Part shown: positions 37,290 to 45,935 of the stretch, one piece after another
Layout of the letters: every line of letters begins with the position of its first letter
How positions within the stretch are numbered: the stretch's first letter is position 1
Assembly (NCBI GenBank): GCA_012521995.1
Contig: JAAYLH010000119.1
Coordinates: 2,483-66,482, forward strand
Reading direction: 5' to 3'
DNA from: Bacteroidales bacterium
GTDB lineage: Bacteria; Bacteroidota; Bacteroidia; Bacteroidales; UBA7960
Length of the DNA: 64,000 nucleotides
Made by a program: the position numbers and the translations under genes
The notes under the pieces: model-generated
What the model was told of the DNA's origin: nothing
The model's database searches: none
What the model saw: the letters and a program-made list of their open reading frames with translations, nothing else

Positions 37290-37310
37290 CACATCAAAAA
37301 TTTAGTTGCA

Positions 37311-38486
37311 ATGATCCGTTTTGAAGAAGCCAGGGAGATCCTCCTCTCGAATGTAATCACAACCGGCACAGAGCGTGTAGATTTCAACAAGGCCCTGTTT
37401 CGGGTTTTGGCCGAGGATGTTTTTTCTGATGTGGATATGCCTCCCTTTGATAAGGCAGCGGTAGATGGTTATGCATGCCGCAGGGAGGACCTGGACAGGG
37501 ATCTGGAAGTGTTGGAATTGATTCCGGCAGGTATGGTTCCCACAAAAGCCATCGGGAAAGGTCAATGCACCAAACTGATGACAGGGGCTATGGTGCCTCA
37601 GGGGGCTGATACGGTAATCATGGTCGAGTATACTGAGGAAGTCGCCCCAGGAATGATCAGATTTACAGGGAATAAGACCACTTCAAACATAGCCATTAAA
37701 GCCGAGGATGTAAAAAAAAGGGACCTGGTGTTGAGTAAAGGCACCCTGATCCTTCCCCAGCATATTGCTATCCTGGCTTCTGTTGGATGGGTATCGCCTT
37801 TGGTGGGCCGTCAGCCCAGGGTAGCCATTCTTTCCACAGGCGATGAGCTGGTGGAACCTGCAGTTATGCCAGCTGCAGGGCAGATCCGCAACAGCAACGG
37901 GTTCCAGTTGATTGCCCAGGTCAGGGCAGCCCACTGCATCCCAAATTACATGGGCATTATCCCCGATGACGAGGATGCTACCGACCGCGCCATAGGCCAG
38001 GCCCTGGAAGAAAACGACATGGTGCTGCTTACAGGGGGCGTCTCTATGGGTGATTTTGACTTTGTGCCCAAGATCATGCGCAAGAACCAGGTAGCAATAC
38101 AGTTTCAGAAAGTGGCTGTTAAACCCGGTAAGCCCACCGTATTTGGAAAAACAGACAAAACCTATATTTTTGGCCTTCCAGGCAACCCCGTTTCCTCGTT
38201 CATTAACTTTGAGGTGTTTGCCAAACCTCTTCTGCATCGTATGATGGGACTTGACTGGCAGCCCGGGGGGTTGAGCCTGTCCATGGGGGTTGATTTTTAC
38301 CGAAAAAAAGCTGATCGCCTAGAGTTTCTCCCCGTGATCGTTGACAAAGCAGGCCAGGTGACGCCTGTGAGTTATCACGGGTCGGCCCATATCCACTCCA
38401 TGGTCCTGGCCGATGGCATCATGAGCATCCCGGCGGGTATTCATGAAATAAAAAAAGGAGCACCTGTACATGTTAGACCGATATAA
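37311..38486 (+). CDS. moeA: Molybdopterin molybdotransferase MoeA
   Basis: Trimmed to ATG 37311 (MIRFEEAREILLSNV, a canonical MoeA N-terminus). ILSTGDELVEP and LLTGGVSMGDFDF motifs. Confidence 0.9.
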   Translation: MIRFEEAREILLSNVITTGTERVDFNKALFRVLAEDVFSDVDMPPFDKAAVDGYACRREDLDRDLEVLELIPAGMVPTKAIGKGQCTKLMTGAMVPQGADTVIMVEYTEEVAPGMIRFTGNKTTSNIAIKAEDVKKRDLVLSKGTLILPQHIAILASVGWVSPLVGRQPRVAILSTGDELVEPAVMPAAGQIRNSNGFQLIAQVRAAHCIPNYMGIIPDDEDATDRAIGQALEENDMVLLTGGVSMGDFDFVPKIMRKNQVAIQFQKVAVKPGKPTVFGKTDKTYIFGLPGNPVSSFINFEVFAKPLLHRMMGLDWQPGGLSLSMGVDFYRKKADRLEFLPVIVDKAGQVTPVSYHGSAHIHSMVLADGIMSIPAGIHEIKKGAPVHVRPI

Positions 38487-39270
38487 CCGAAAAATAAACT
38501 ACTTGCGCATATCGGTCACGGACCGCTGTAACCTTCGTTGCCGATATTGCATGCCTGAGGAAGGCGTGGAGTTCATCCCCCATACTGAAATCCTGCGCTT
38601 TGAGGAGATCAGGGAAGTTGTGGAAGTGGCAGCCGGCATGGGGGTGGATAAGGTCCGCCTGACGGGCGGTGAACCCCTGGTGCGTAAGGGTATTGTGGAT
38701 CTGGTGGAGATGATTGCCAGTATCCCCGGAATAAAGGATCTTTCGATGACCACCAATGGCATATTGCTGGACGCCTTCGCCACTCCCCTGGCAAAAGCAG
38801 GACTTATAAGGGTCAACATTAGCCTCGACACCATGGAACCAGAAAGGTATGGCTGGATTACTCGCGGAGGCGACATCCGCAAGGTGTTTGCCGGTATTGA
38901 AGCGGCAAAAAAAGCAGGGCTGGATCCCATTAAGGTGAATTGCGTCATCAAAGATGATCGCAATGAACCTGATGCCGTTGCTGTGAGGGATTATTGCATT
39001 GAAAACGGCCTGCAGGTGCGTTTTATCAAGGAAATGGACTTGCACGAAGGGACCTTTGGGGTAGTCGATGGAGGTAGTGGAGGCGACTGCCGCAACTGCA
39101 ACCGCCTCAGGCTGACCAGCAATGGAATGATAAAGCCCTGTCTGTTCAGTGATATGGAATTCAACGTCAGAACTCTGGGCATCCAACAGGCCATTGAAAT
39201 GGCTTTGAGCAAAAAGCCTGAAAAAGGCACCGTAAACCTGCAGAACTGTTTCAATAACATTGGAGGTTAA
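38470..39270 (+). CDS. moaA: GTP 3',8-cyclase MoaA (radical SAM), compact 266-aa form
   Basis: CNLRCRYC radical SAM cluster, second cluster CRNCNRLRLTSNGMIKPC, C-terminal double glycine (..NNIGG). Overlaps the moeA 3' end by 17 nt. Confidence 0.9.
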   Translation: MLDRYNRKINYLRISVTDRCNLRCRYCMPEEGVEFIPHTEILRFEEIREVVEVAAGMGVDKVRLTGGEPLVRKGIVDLVEMIASIPGIKDLSMTTNGILLDAFATPLAKAGLIRVNISLDTMEPERYGWITRGGDIRKVFAGIEAAKKAGLDPIKVNCVIKDDRNEPDAVAVRDYCIENGLQVRFIKEMDLHEGTFGVVDGGSGGDCRNCNRLRLTSNGMIKPCLFSDMEFNVRTLGIQQAIEMALSKKPEKGTVNLQNCFNNIGG

Positions 39271-39325
39271 AGTCCTGAAATGAATTAATCATAGCACCCA
39301 TTAAGCAAAAAATGCATTATACACA

Positions 39326-39772
39326 ATGAAGTCATTTTCACATATTAACGAACAAGGCAAAGCGCAAATGGTGGATGTTGGCGAAAAACTTGTTCAGCAA
39401 CGCATGGCCAGGGCCTCGGGTTTTATCCGTCTGAACCACACTACCGTGAGCCTGATTCGCGAGAACCATATGAAAAAGGGCGATGTGTTGACGGTAGCCC
39501 AGATTGCAGGCATACAAGCCGCAAAAAGGACTGCTGACCTTATCCCTTTGTGCCATCCCTTACAAATCACTAAAGTGGATGTCCAGACTAACTTAAAGGA
39601 TGATGGCGTCGAGGTGCAAACCCTGGTTAAATGCAACGGACAGACGGGAGTGGAAATGGAAGCCCTGACTGCCGCCAGTATTGCTTTGCTAACGGTTTAT
39701 GATATGTGCAAGGCCGTCGACAAGGAAATGGTCATTCAGGATGTGGTGCTCCTGGAAAAGAAAAAGGAGTAA
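39326..39772 (+). CDS. moaC: Cyclic pyranopterin monophosphate synthase MoaC
   Basis: 148 aa. HINEQGKAQMVDVGEK..., LIPLCHPL and GVEMEALTAASIALLTVYDMCKA are MoaC signatures. Confidence 0.9.
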   Translation: MKSFSHINEQGKAQMVDVGEKLVQQRMARASGFIRLNHTTVSLIRENHMKKGDVLTVAQIAGIQAAKRTADLIPLCHPLQITKVDVQTNLKDDGVEVQTLVKCNGQTGVEMEALTAASIALLTVYDMCKAVDKEMVIQDVVLLEKKKE

Positions 39773-39812
39773 GCCTTTCAAGAGAAAACGCTAACACATT
39801 GGAGATTAAAAA

Positions 39813-40736
39813 ATGAAGATACTATCTGTCAACATTTCAGAACAAAAAGGGACCATCAAAAAACCTGTGGGAGAGATCAGGCTTGGCGCCTTTGGGGTGG
39901 AGGAAGACGCCCATGCAGGCAACTGGCACCGCCAGGTAAGCTTGCTTGGAAAAGAAAGCGTAGATCGTTTCTCGGCCCTTGCCGGGCGCGAAATAACATA
40001 TGGTGAGTTTGCCGAGAACCTCACCACCGAAGGCCTGGAACTTGTCAAGACTGCACCCATGGACCGCCTGGTTGGGAAGGAGGTGGAACTTGAGATCACC
40101 CAGATCGGCAAGGAGTGCCACGGCAGCAGTTGTGCCATCTTCAGGGAAGTGGGCAACTGCGTGATGCCCAAGGAAGGTATCTTTGCAAGGGTGATACGCC
40201 CCGGGGTTCTGCGCCCGGGAGATGAGCTGGAGTACATTCCCAGGGTGTTGCGTTTTCATCTGATCACCCTGAGTGACCGTGCCAGCAGAGGTGAATATGA
40301 AGATCGCAGTGGCCCCAGGATGGTTGAATTGCTGGAAAAGCACTTTGAAGACCGCCCCCGCAGCATTCAGATTGAAAGCAGTATCATCCCTGATGAGGCC
40401 ACAGCCCTTGAGCTGCTGATCAGAAAATCCATTGAAGCCGGCGTGGATGTCGTAATCACCACAGGAGGCACTGGGGTAGGTCGCCGCGATATCACCGTGG
40501 AGACCCTGAAGCCTATGCTTCAAAAAGAAGTGCCCGGCATTATGGAGATGATCAGGTTGAAATACGGCACCCGAAAGCCCAATGCACTGTTGAGCTGCGG
40601 TATAGCAGGATTCATTGAGAACACCATGGTATATACCCTTCCGGGCAGCGTTCGGGCAGTCAACGAATATATGGAGGAGGTCCTGAAAACCCTGGAGCAC
40701 CTCATATATATGCGACATGGACTGGACGTTCACTAA
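39813..40736 (+). CDS. Fusion protein: N-terminal MOSC domain plus C-terminal MogA/MoaB-type molybdopterin adenylyltransferase domain
   Basis: Residues 1-145 (ISEQKGTIKKPV...HAGNWHRQVSLL...ITQIGKECH...PGDELEY) are MOSC-like. Residues ~150-307 (ITLSDRASRGEYEDRSGP...VVITTGGTGVGRRDIT...PGSVRAV) are MogA-like. Confidence 0.8.
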   Translation: MKILSVNISEQKGTIKKPVGEIRLGAFGVEEDAHAGNWHRQVSLLGKESVDRFSALAGREITYGEFAENLTTEGLELVKTAPMDRLVGKEVELEITQIGKECHGSSCAIFREVGNCVMPKEGIFARVIRPGVLRPGDELEYIPRVLRFHLITLSDRASRGEYEDRSGPRMVELLEKHFEDRPRSIQIESSIIPDEATALELLIRKSIEAGVDVVITTGGTGVGRRDITVETLKPMLQKEVPGIMEMIRLKYGTRKPNALLSCGIAGFIENTMVYTLPGSVRAVNEYMEEVLKTLEHLIYMRHGLDVH

Positions 40737-40741
40737 AAAAA

Positions 40742-40766
40742 GAAAGGGGCCCTGAAAGCCCCTTTC
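40742..40766. terminator. Bidirectional terminator hairpin between the convergent MOSC-MogA and OmpA-family genes
   Basis: gaaaggggc (40742-50) pairs with gcccctttc (40758-66). A-run on the left, T-rich on the right. Confidence 0.7.
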
Positions 40767-40789
40767 CTTTTATTTTATTTTCTTTTCCC

Positions 40790-42085
40790 TTAATTATTCA
40801 GGATAATAAAGTCTACCCGGCGGTTGATGCTCAGGTTTTGCTGTGAGAGCGGGTCATTGGGGCCTCGGAAGGCTACTTCGAGCCTTTCGGGAGCAATTTT
40901 GAAGTCATTGACCAAGGCATCAAAAACCGCCTGGGCACGCCTTTCACTCAGGCTAACATTATAAGCAGACGGGCCCGTAACATCGGTATGACCAACCAGT
41001 TCAAGGCTTACATCAGGATTTGCGTTCAGGAAGCGTGCGGCTGAGGCAATACGCTCGTAGTTGTAGTTATCGATTGCAGAGCTGTTCAGGCGGAAATACA
41101 CGCTAAGCAAGGCAGTAACCGAAGATTCGGAAATGTAGGTTCCAGGTTTGGCATCTGCCAGTGAACTCATACGTGCATCCAGGTCGTTCTGCTTCTGATC
41201 GATGCCCTGAATTTGCTGACGCAGTTGGGCAATGTCCTGATCATAGGTGGTTTGTTGCATGCGCTGATCAATTTGATCCACTCTGCGGTCTACCTCAGTG
41301 ATCCTTTCGGTGATAAATTCCATGCGCTGAACATCACCAGGGTACATCACCACTGAAGGTGAAGCCCACTTCATGGAACGTGTATTTTTGCCCAACTTGA
41401 AGATTAGCCCTACGTTGGTGTAGTTATACGTGTCATACCTTGAGAAGTGGCGATGCAAGGCATCCAGTTTATCTGTTTGCGTAAAGCGGTAAACCGATTC
41501 AATAGCCAGGTCAATCCTCGGAGAGAGGTAGAAACGAACCCCTAGGCCCAATGGAATGGCAAGGTCTAATTCACGCTTCTCCTTTTCTGAGCCATCCTCT
41601 GAATAACCATAGCTTTTTATAAGCTCATCATTGAGGCTGTCAAAATATTTTGAACGGTAAGCCACAACACCTGCACCCAAAATACCATAGATATCAATAC
41701 GGTCGTTGCGCTTCCATCTTGGAGAAAGCAATTTGGAGAAGCTGAGCATACCACTCACATTGGCCTCCCACAATTCTGAGTTGAAATGAATGTTTTGTGT
41801 TTCATCATTTGCTTTTAACTGGCCCAGCAAAAATGATCCTCTGACCGTAAAGACGGGGGTAAAATGGTATTCTGCATTTACCCCTCCTGCAAAGGAGAAT
41901 TCATCAAGAACCCTGAAGTAATCTCTTTGCTCTATATCGGTAAACGGGGTCAGCACACCACCATGAATACCCAATGAAAACCTGTTGAAACCGGTATTAC
42001 CCTGGCCCTGAACAAATAAAGGCTGTACAAGGAGCACTAGGGCCAAAACCATCCCTGGGATAAATCTCATCTTTTTCAAAATCAA
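40790..42085 (-). CDS. OmpA-family outer membrane protein: N-terminal beta-barrel, central coiled coil, C-terminal OmpA/peptidoglycan-binding domain
   Basis: 431 aa with a signal peptide. Coiled-coil segment ITEVDRRVDQIDQRMQQTTYDQDIAQLRQQIQGIDQKQNDLDARMSSL. OmpA_C motifs GHTDVTGPSAYNVSLSERRAQAV and NRRVDFII. Confidence 0.85.
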   Translation of the reverse strand: MILKKMRFIPGMVLALVLLVQPLFVQGQGNTGFNRFSLGIHGGVLTPFTDIEQRDYFRVLDEFSFAGGVNAEYHFTPVFTVRGSFLLGQLKANDETQNIHFNSELWEANVSGMLSFSKLLSPRWKRNDRIDIYGILGAGVVAYRSKYFDSLNDELIKSYGYSEDGSEKEKRELDLAIPLGLGVRFYLSPRIDLAIESVYRFTQTDKLDALHRHFSRYDTYNYTNVGLIFKLGKNTRSMKWASPSVVMYPGDVQRMEFITERITEVDRRVDQIDQRMQQTTYDQDIAQLRQQIQGIDQKQNDLDARMSSLADAKPGTYISESSVTALLSVYFRLNSSAIDNYNYERIASAARFLNANPDVSLELVGHTDVTGPSAYNVSLSERRAQAVFDALVNDFKIAPERLEVAFRGPNDPLSQQNLSINRRVDFIILNN

Positions 42086-42136
42086 TCGTTTTTTGGTTAA
42101 TACTGGCTGTTTATATATACCATTCTATATGTGCTT

Positions 42137-42144
42137 CAAAATTA
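42137..42144 (-). promoter_or_regulatory. TAnnTTTG -7 motif (TAATTTTG) upstream of the OmpA-family gene
   Basis: Plus strand reads caaaatta, 52 nt upstream of the ATG at 42085. Confidence 0.45.
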
Positions 42145-42304
42145 ACATATATAATTGAATGGCAAAATATTTTTTGGAACAAATGCAATAAATGATTTAT
42201 GTTAATATGCGATTGTTCCTGTCAAACTCATGTGTTTTACTGATTTTACGGAAAGAAAGATTTATGGTTACAAGTTTTTTTTACGGAAAACCAGCAGGAT
42301 CATT

Positions 42305-45300
42305 TTAAAACAGCGCCCTAACCTGCATGGTGCCCGAATGTATTGCTTGCCGGGCTTGCGAATTGCGTCCGTGATAATTTATACTAAGCTGCAGCCAGGC
42401 ATTGAGATTTTGTTGCCAGGAAAGATTCCACAGATTGTTGGTACCTGACGAAAGTCCCTCCAGCATCTCAAAAGCCAGGGGAGTGTTGAGATCAAAGGGA
42501 TACGAAATATTCGACAACTGATACTTACCCGTGAGGTTTCCCTTTCCGGGAATGCTGTAGCGGAATTCCAGGCCACCCTTTTGGATAACTGCATTTTCAC
42601 CTGAGGCTCCAAGGGTGTTATCATTGGCTGAATAACCGTAAAACAAGCTCAGACGCCAGCGGTTCCCGGACTGATAACATATCACAGGATCGAGCGAAAA
42701 GGATTCAATGCGATAATTGCGGTTCAGGAAAAAGGCAGCAAAGTTTTCCCTTATCCCACTGCTTGTTTGCAACTCTGCGGAAACATTTCGATTAAGATTC
42801 CAACGTGCCCTTAAGGCCATGCTCTTGTTCACCCTGCTTTCAAAACCATTGCTGAGCAACATTTTGTTACGGCTGTCCTGCCAGGTCCATTCCATAAAGA
42901 ACACCCTACCCGAACGATTAAAGAACAAGGAATTTCTCACCAGGGAATTCAATGCAACCAGCGCAGTATCTTCCACATTGGTCAGGAAGGGGGAAAACTG
43001 TCTGAAGGAGGTCTCCCCCTGTTCTTTTTTGTCAATCCTCAGGCTTGCCTGGTTGCTAAAACGAGCCAGGATGCCCTTTATTCCCGACTTGTCGCGCCAG
43101 GCAAGCCTTGGCTCCATGTTTAGGGTATGGCTGTATCGGGTAGAAAAAACCCTGGAAAAATCCTCTGTTGGAACAAACACCCTGATAAAGTTTGCCTGAT
43201 CGGGAAACTGCGACAGTTCAAATTCGTCCAGTTCCATCACCCCATTGCCGTTGTAATCCACCCAGGTATAGACCCCCTGCCCTGAAGGCACCTCCAGAAA
43301 AATATACTCGCGTTTGCGCTCCATTCCGCTACCTGTTTCATAAAACAAAGATGAGGTCACAGCGCCTTTAAACCATCTGGAGAAATAATCGAAGCGCCCT
43401 CCGAGAGTCTGGTCTTCTTCCTGCCCCTTGAGGGCAAGCGAGCGGAAATTCAGGTTCAGCAAGACTCGTTGATCGGGATTACCGCGCAACTCATATTGCA
43501 GGCCTGCCTCCCTTGCCTGGGCCTCTTCTGAAAAGGCAGCCCCAAAAGGATTCTGATCTTTCCGCAAGCGGTAATATGCGCGATAATTGTTCCTGGCAGA
43601 ATCAGGCTGGCTGATGAAAAATTGCCATTCATCAAACCAAAAGCTTGACAGCAGCAAGCTATCGCTCATCGATAAACGCCTGCTGTTATATTCCATCTGG
43701 TGTTCAATCCCGGCCCTGAAAAACCACAGGTGCCGATTTAGCCCTGTTTGATGACGGTAGAAGTCCGTTTTCTGTGTTCCCTTTGAATTCAGGAGGCTGC
43801 CGCTGTAAAAAAACTGATACACTCCAAGTTTCAGCCTGGAATCAGCCTTATTCATGATCCCGTTATAGTGCGACCCCTGCTGAAAGGAACGAAACTGGTA
43901 TTTTACCATCCCTTGTTGAAGGTGCATAAGCTCAACCCCCAGGTTGGTGTTGTTTTCTGTTGCTGGAAACGGCTGATCGTCCAAGTTCCAGTCGCGTTCA
44001 AACTCTACCGAGCGATATCGGTCAACAGGGCTAAAATGTCTGGAGGCCAGCTCGTGGTTTACCGAGAACCCAAATTCCCAGCCCCCGTCACCCATGGAAG
44101 GCAAGGGCCGCTTATGATCAAACCTGAGCAGGAGGCCAAACCCCAAATCATCACCGCGGTCCTTGTCGGAAAAGAGGTTAAGATCCTGATTACTTAAAGC
44201 GAACTCCACCCCCGCGGTAGAACGCTCGCTGAGTCTATAATAAGCGCCCAAGCTCAACATCTGCGTTTTTTTAGGGGAAATAAGTTGTATGATGGGCTCA
44301 TGAGTACCCTGTCGCTGACCATCGATCGGCGCAACCCACTGGAACACCCTGCCGTTTGCGGCCGAACTGATCTGTATATAGTTGCCCTGACCTTGACCTA
44401 CAAAGGAAAAACCAGGCCGGAACACTGCCCTGAGCGGGTCGGTAGAATAAACAAACACCGAATCATATCCAAGGCTGTCGGTCATCTGGTACATCACCCG
44501 ATCATTAAAAAAACCCGTGCTGTCCACATTCCAGTCAAAGGCCATTTCCAGGTTGTCGCCTGCCCCCGACAGTTTTGCAATCCGCTCATCGGTCAATTCC
44601 TGGAACAAGGGTTGGTTCTTGTGATCCTGTTCTGTAAAGAAATTTATTGAAAGGTTGGCCCTTTCATTTTTCACATTTACCCCGCTAAAAAAAACTGAAC
44701 GGGCATAGTTGCGCTCGGCATATTCAAATTCAACAACAATACGGCTCTCCCTTTTGATGATCCTTCGGGAAGTAAAAGTCAGTTCACCCATATTGTAGTC
44801 GATCACATAATCGTGGTCCATACCACGGATAAGCAGTTCTCCGTCAATAAAAACCCTTTCAGTTCCCGCCAGGATGATGATAAAACTTTCATTATTGGCA
44901 CCGTTTAACTTATAGGGTCCCTGATTGCCTTCTATGGCCTGCAACTGATTTCTCACATATTTCCCCTTGGCAATGGCTCCTGCAACATTAAGGTTTACTG
45001 CTGCCCCTCCCAGCAGGCCATCGCCATGAGCCCTGGTTGAATAACTGCCCATGCCGCCCTGTGTCCTGCGATTGAAATGCAGGAAATAAGCCTCGGGCGG
45101 CTCCAGATTAAAGTCTCCCGCCGTAATCTGCCCGCCAAGTCCTGACAACTGGATATATACCTTATCGAATTCCTGTATTTGCCTGGTTGTTCCATCGGGC
45201 TGGAAGGGGATATCTTGATCGGAAATCACGGCGTTGACCTCAATATCATCGCTCAGGTTACCACTCAACTGAAGATTCATGGCCGATTGCACGGAAAGGT

Positions 45301-45769
45301 CCTGGCGGTTGCCCACTGAAATGCCGCGGGTAATGCTTCCTGTGCTGTTCAGGCCGCTGACCTGAAGCAGCCCCTGCTCTGATGCCCCCCTTGTAAGGCT
45401 CAACGACAGGGGCTGGACGCTATCCCTTGCAGCAAATACACTTGAAGGGTCTTTATGGAAATATGATGCCGTCAGCAGCAGGGGAAAAACCCGGTACTTA
45501 ACCTCCAGGCTGTCCTGCTGCCAGTACTCAGGAATTCGCAGGGTAAGGCGCGCATTCAGCTCATCCAGGGAAAAGAATGCCGAATCCAGGAGCTGCCGGT
45601 CGGGGCCACGAATGATAAAACTGCCGGGCAGGATGCTCAGGGTATCTAGTTGGTGCGCATTCTGACCTGCAAATATCCTCCTGTGCCTTACGCCAGCTTC
45701 CTCTTGGGGAAAAGCTGCCATTCTCCCAAGGAACACAATCATGGCCAGTAATAACAGAAACCGCTTCAA
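42305..45769 (-). CDS. Large (1154 aa) predicted outer-membrane beta-barrel protein, unknown function
   Basis: Signal peptide MKRFLLLLAMIVFLGRMAAF. Long alternating-hydrophobicity, aromatic-rich strands throughout. Terminal ...HSGTMQVRALF has the C-terminal Phe typical of BAM substrates. I recognise no catalytic motif. Confidence 0.7.
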   Translation of the reverse strand: MKRFLLLLAMIVFLGRMAAFPQEEAGVRHRRIFAGQNAHQLDTLSILPGSFIIRGPDRQLLDSAFFSLDELNARLTLRIPEYWQQDSLEVKYRVFPLLLTASYFHKDPSSVFAARDSVQPLSLSLTRGASEQGLLQVSGLNSTGSITRGISVGNRQDLSVQSAMNLQLSGNLSDDIEVNAVISDQDIPFQPDGTTRQIQEFDKVYIQLSGLGGQITAGDFNLEPPEAYFLHFNRRTQGGMGSYSTRAHGDGLLGGAAVNLNVAGAIAKGKYVRNQLQAIEGNQGPYKLNGANNESFIIILAGTERVFIDGELLIRGMDHDYVIDYNMGELTFTSRRIIKRESRIVVEFEYAERNYARSVFFSGVNVKNERANLSINFFTEQDHKNQPLFQELTDERIAKLSGAGDNLEMAFDWNVDSTGFFNDRVMYQMTDSLGYDSVFVYSTDPLRAVFRPGFSFVGQGQGNYIQISSAANGRVFQWVAPIDGQRQGTHEPIIQLISPKKTQMLSLGAYYRLSERSTAGVEFALSNQDLNLFSDKDRGDDLGFGLLLRFDHKRPLPSMGDGGWEFGFSVNHELASRHFSPVDRYRSVEFERDWNLDDQPFPATENNTNLGVELMHLQQGMVKYQFRSFQQGSHYNGIMNKADSRLKLGVYQFFYSGSLLNSKGTQKTDFYRHQTGLNRHLWFFRAGIEHQMEYNSRRLSMSDSLLLSSFWFDEWQFFISQPDSARNNYRAYYRLRKDQNPFGAAFSEEAQAREAGLQYELRGNPDQRVLLNLNFRSLALKGQEEDQTLGGRFDYFSRWFKGAVTSSLFYETGSGMERKREYIFLEVPSGQGVYTWVDYNGNGVMELDEFELSQFPDQANFIRVFVPTEDFSRVFSTRYSHTLNMEPRLAWRDKSGIKGILARFSNQASLRIDKKEQGETSFRQFSPFLTNVEDTALVALNSLVRNSLFFNRSGRVFFMEWTWQDSRNKMLLSNGFESRVNKSMALRARWNLNRNVSAELQTSSGIRENFAAFFLNRNYRIESFSLDPVICYQSGNRWRLSLFYGYSANDNTLGASGENAVIQKGGLEFRYSIPGKGNLTGKYQLSNISYPFDLNTPLAFEMLEGLSSGTNNLWNLSWQQNLNAWLQLSINYHGRNSQARQAIHSGTMQVRALF

Positions 45770-45867
45770 ATGCTTTGGCTGATTAATAGGCTTTCAATTC
45801 CCCAAACTCTTTCCTTGTATAAAATCACTAAAATTACAGGCGAAAATGCACTTATGCAAACCTGTTG

Positions 45868-45902
45868 AAAAAAAAGAGGCCTGCCCGAAAAACAGGCAGG
45901 CC
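45868..45902 (-). terminator. Intrinsic terminator of fhs
   Basis: ggcctgcc (45878-85) pairs with ggcaggcc (45895-902). The plus-strand A-run 45868-75 is the minus-strand T-run. Confidence 0.8.
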
Positions 45903-45935
45903 CCAAGAGTCTATATTAAGGTTATTAAGCGTATT

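Noticed and set aside
42305-45769. Possibility that the 1154-aa protein is the T9SS sortase PorU, which is of similar length in a T9SS-containing organism.
   Set aside because: No gingipain/C25-like His-Cys catalytic region is evident. The protein looks like a beta-barrel ending in Phe, and the downstream gene is an OmpA-family protein rather than PorV.
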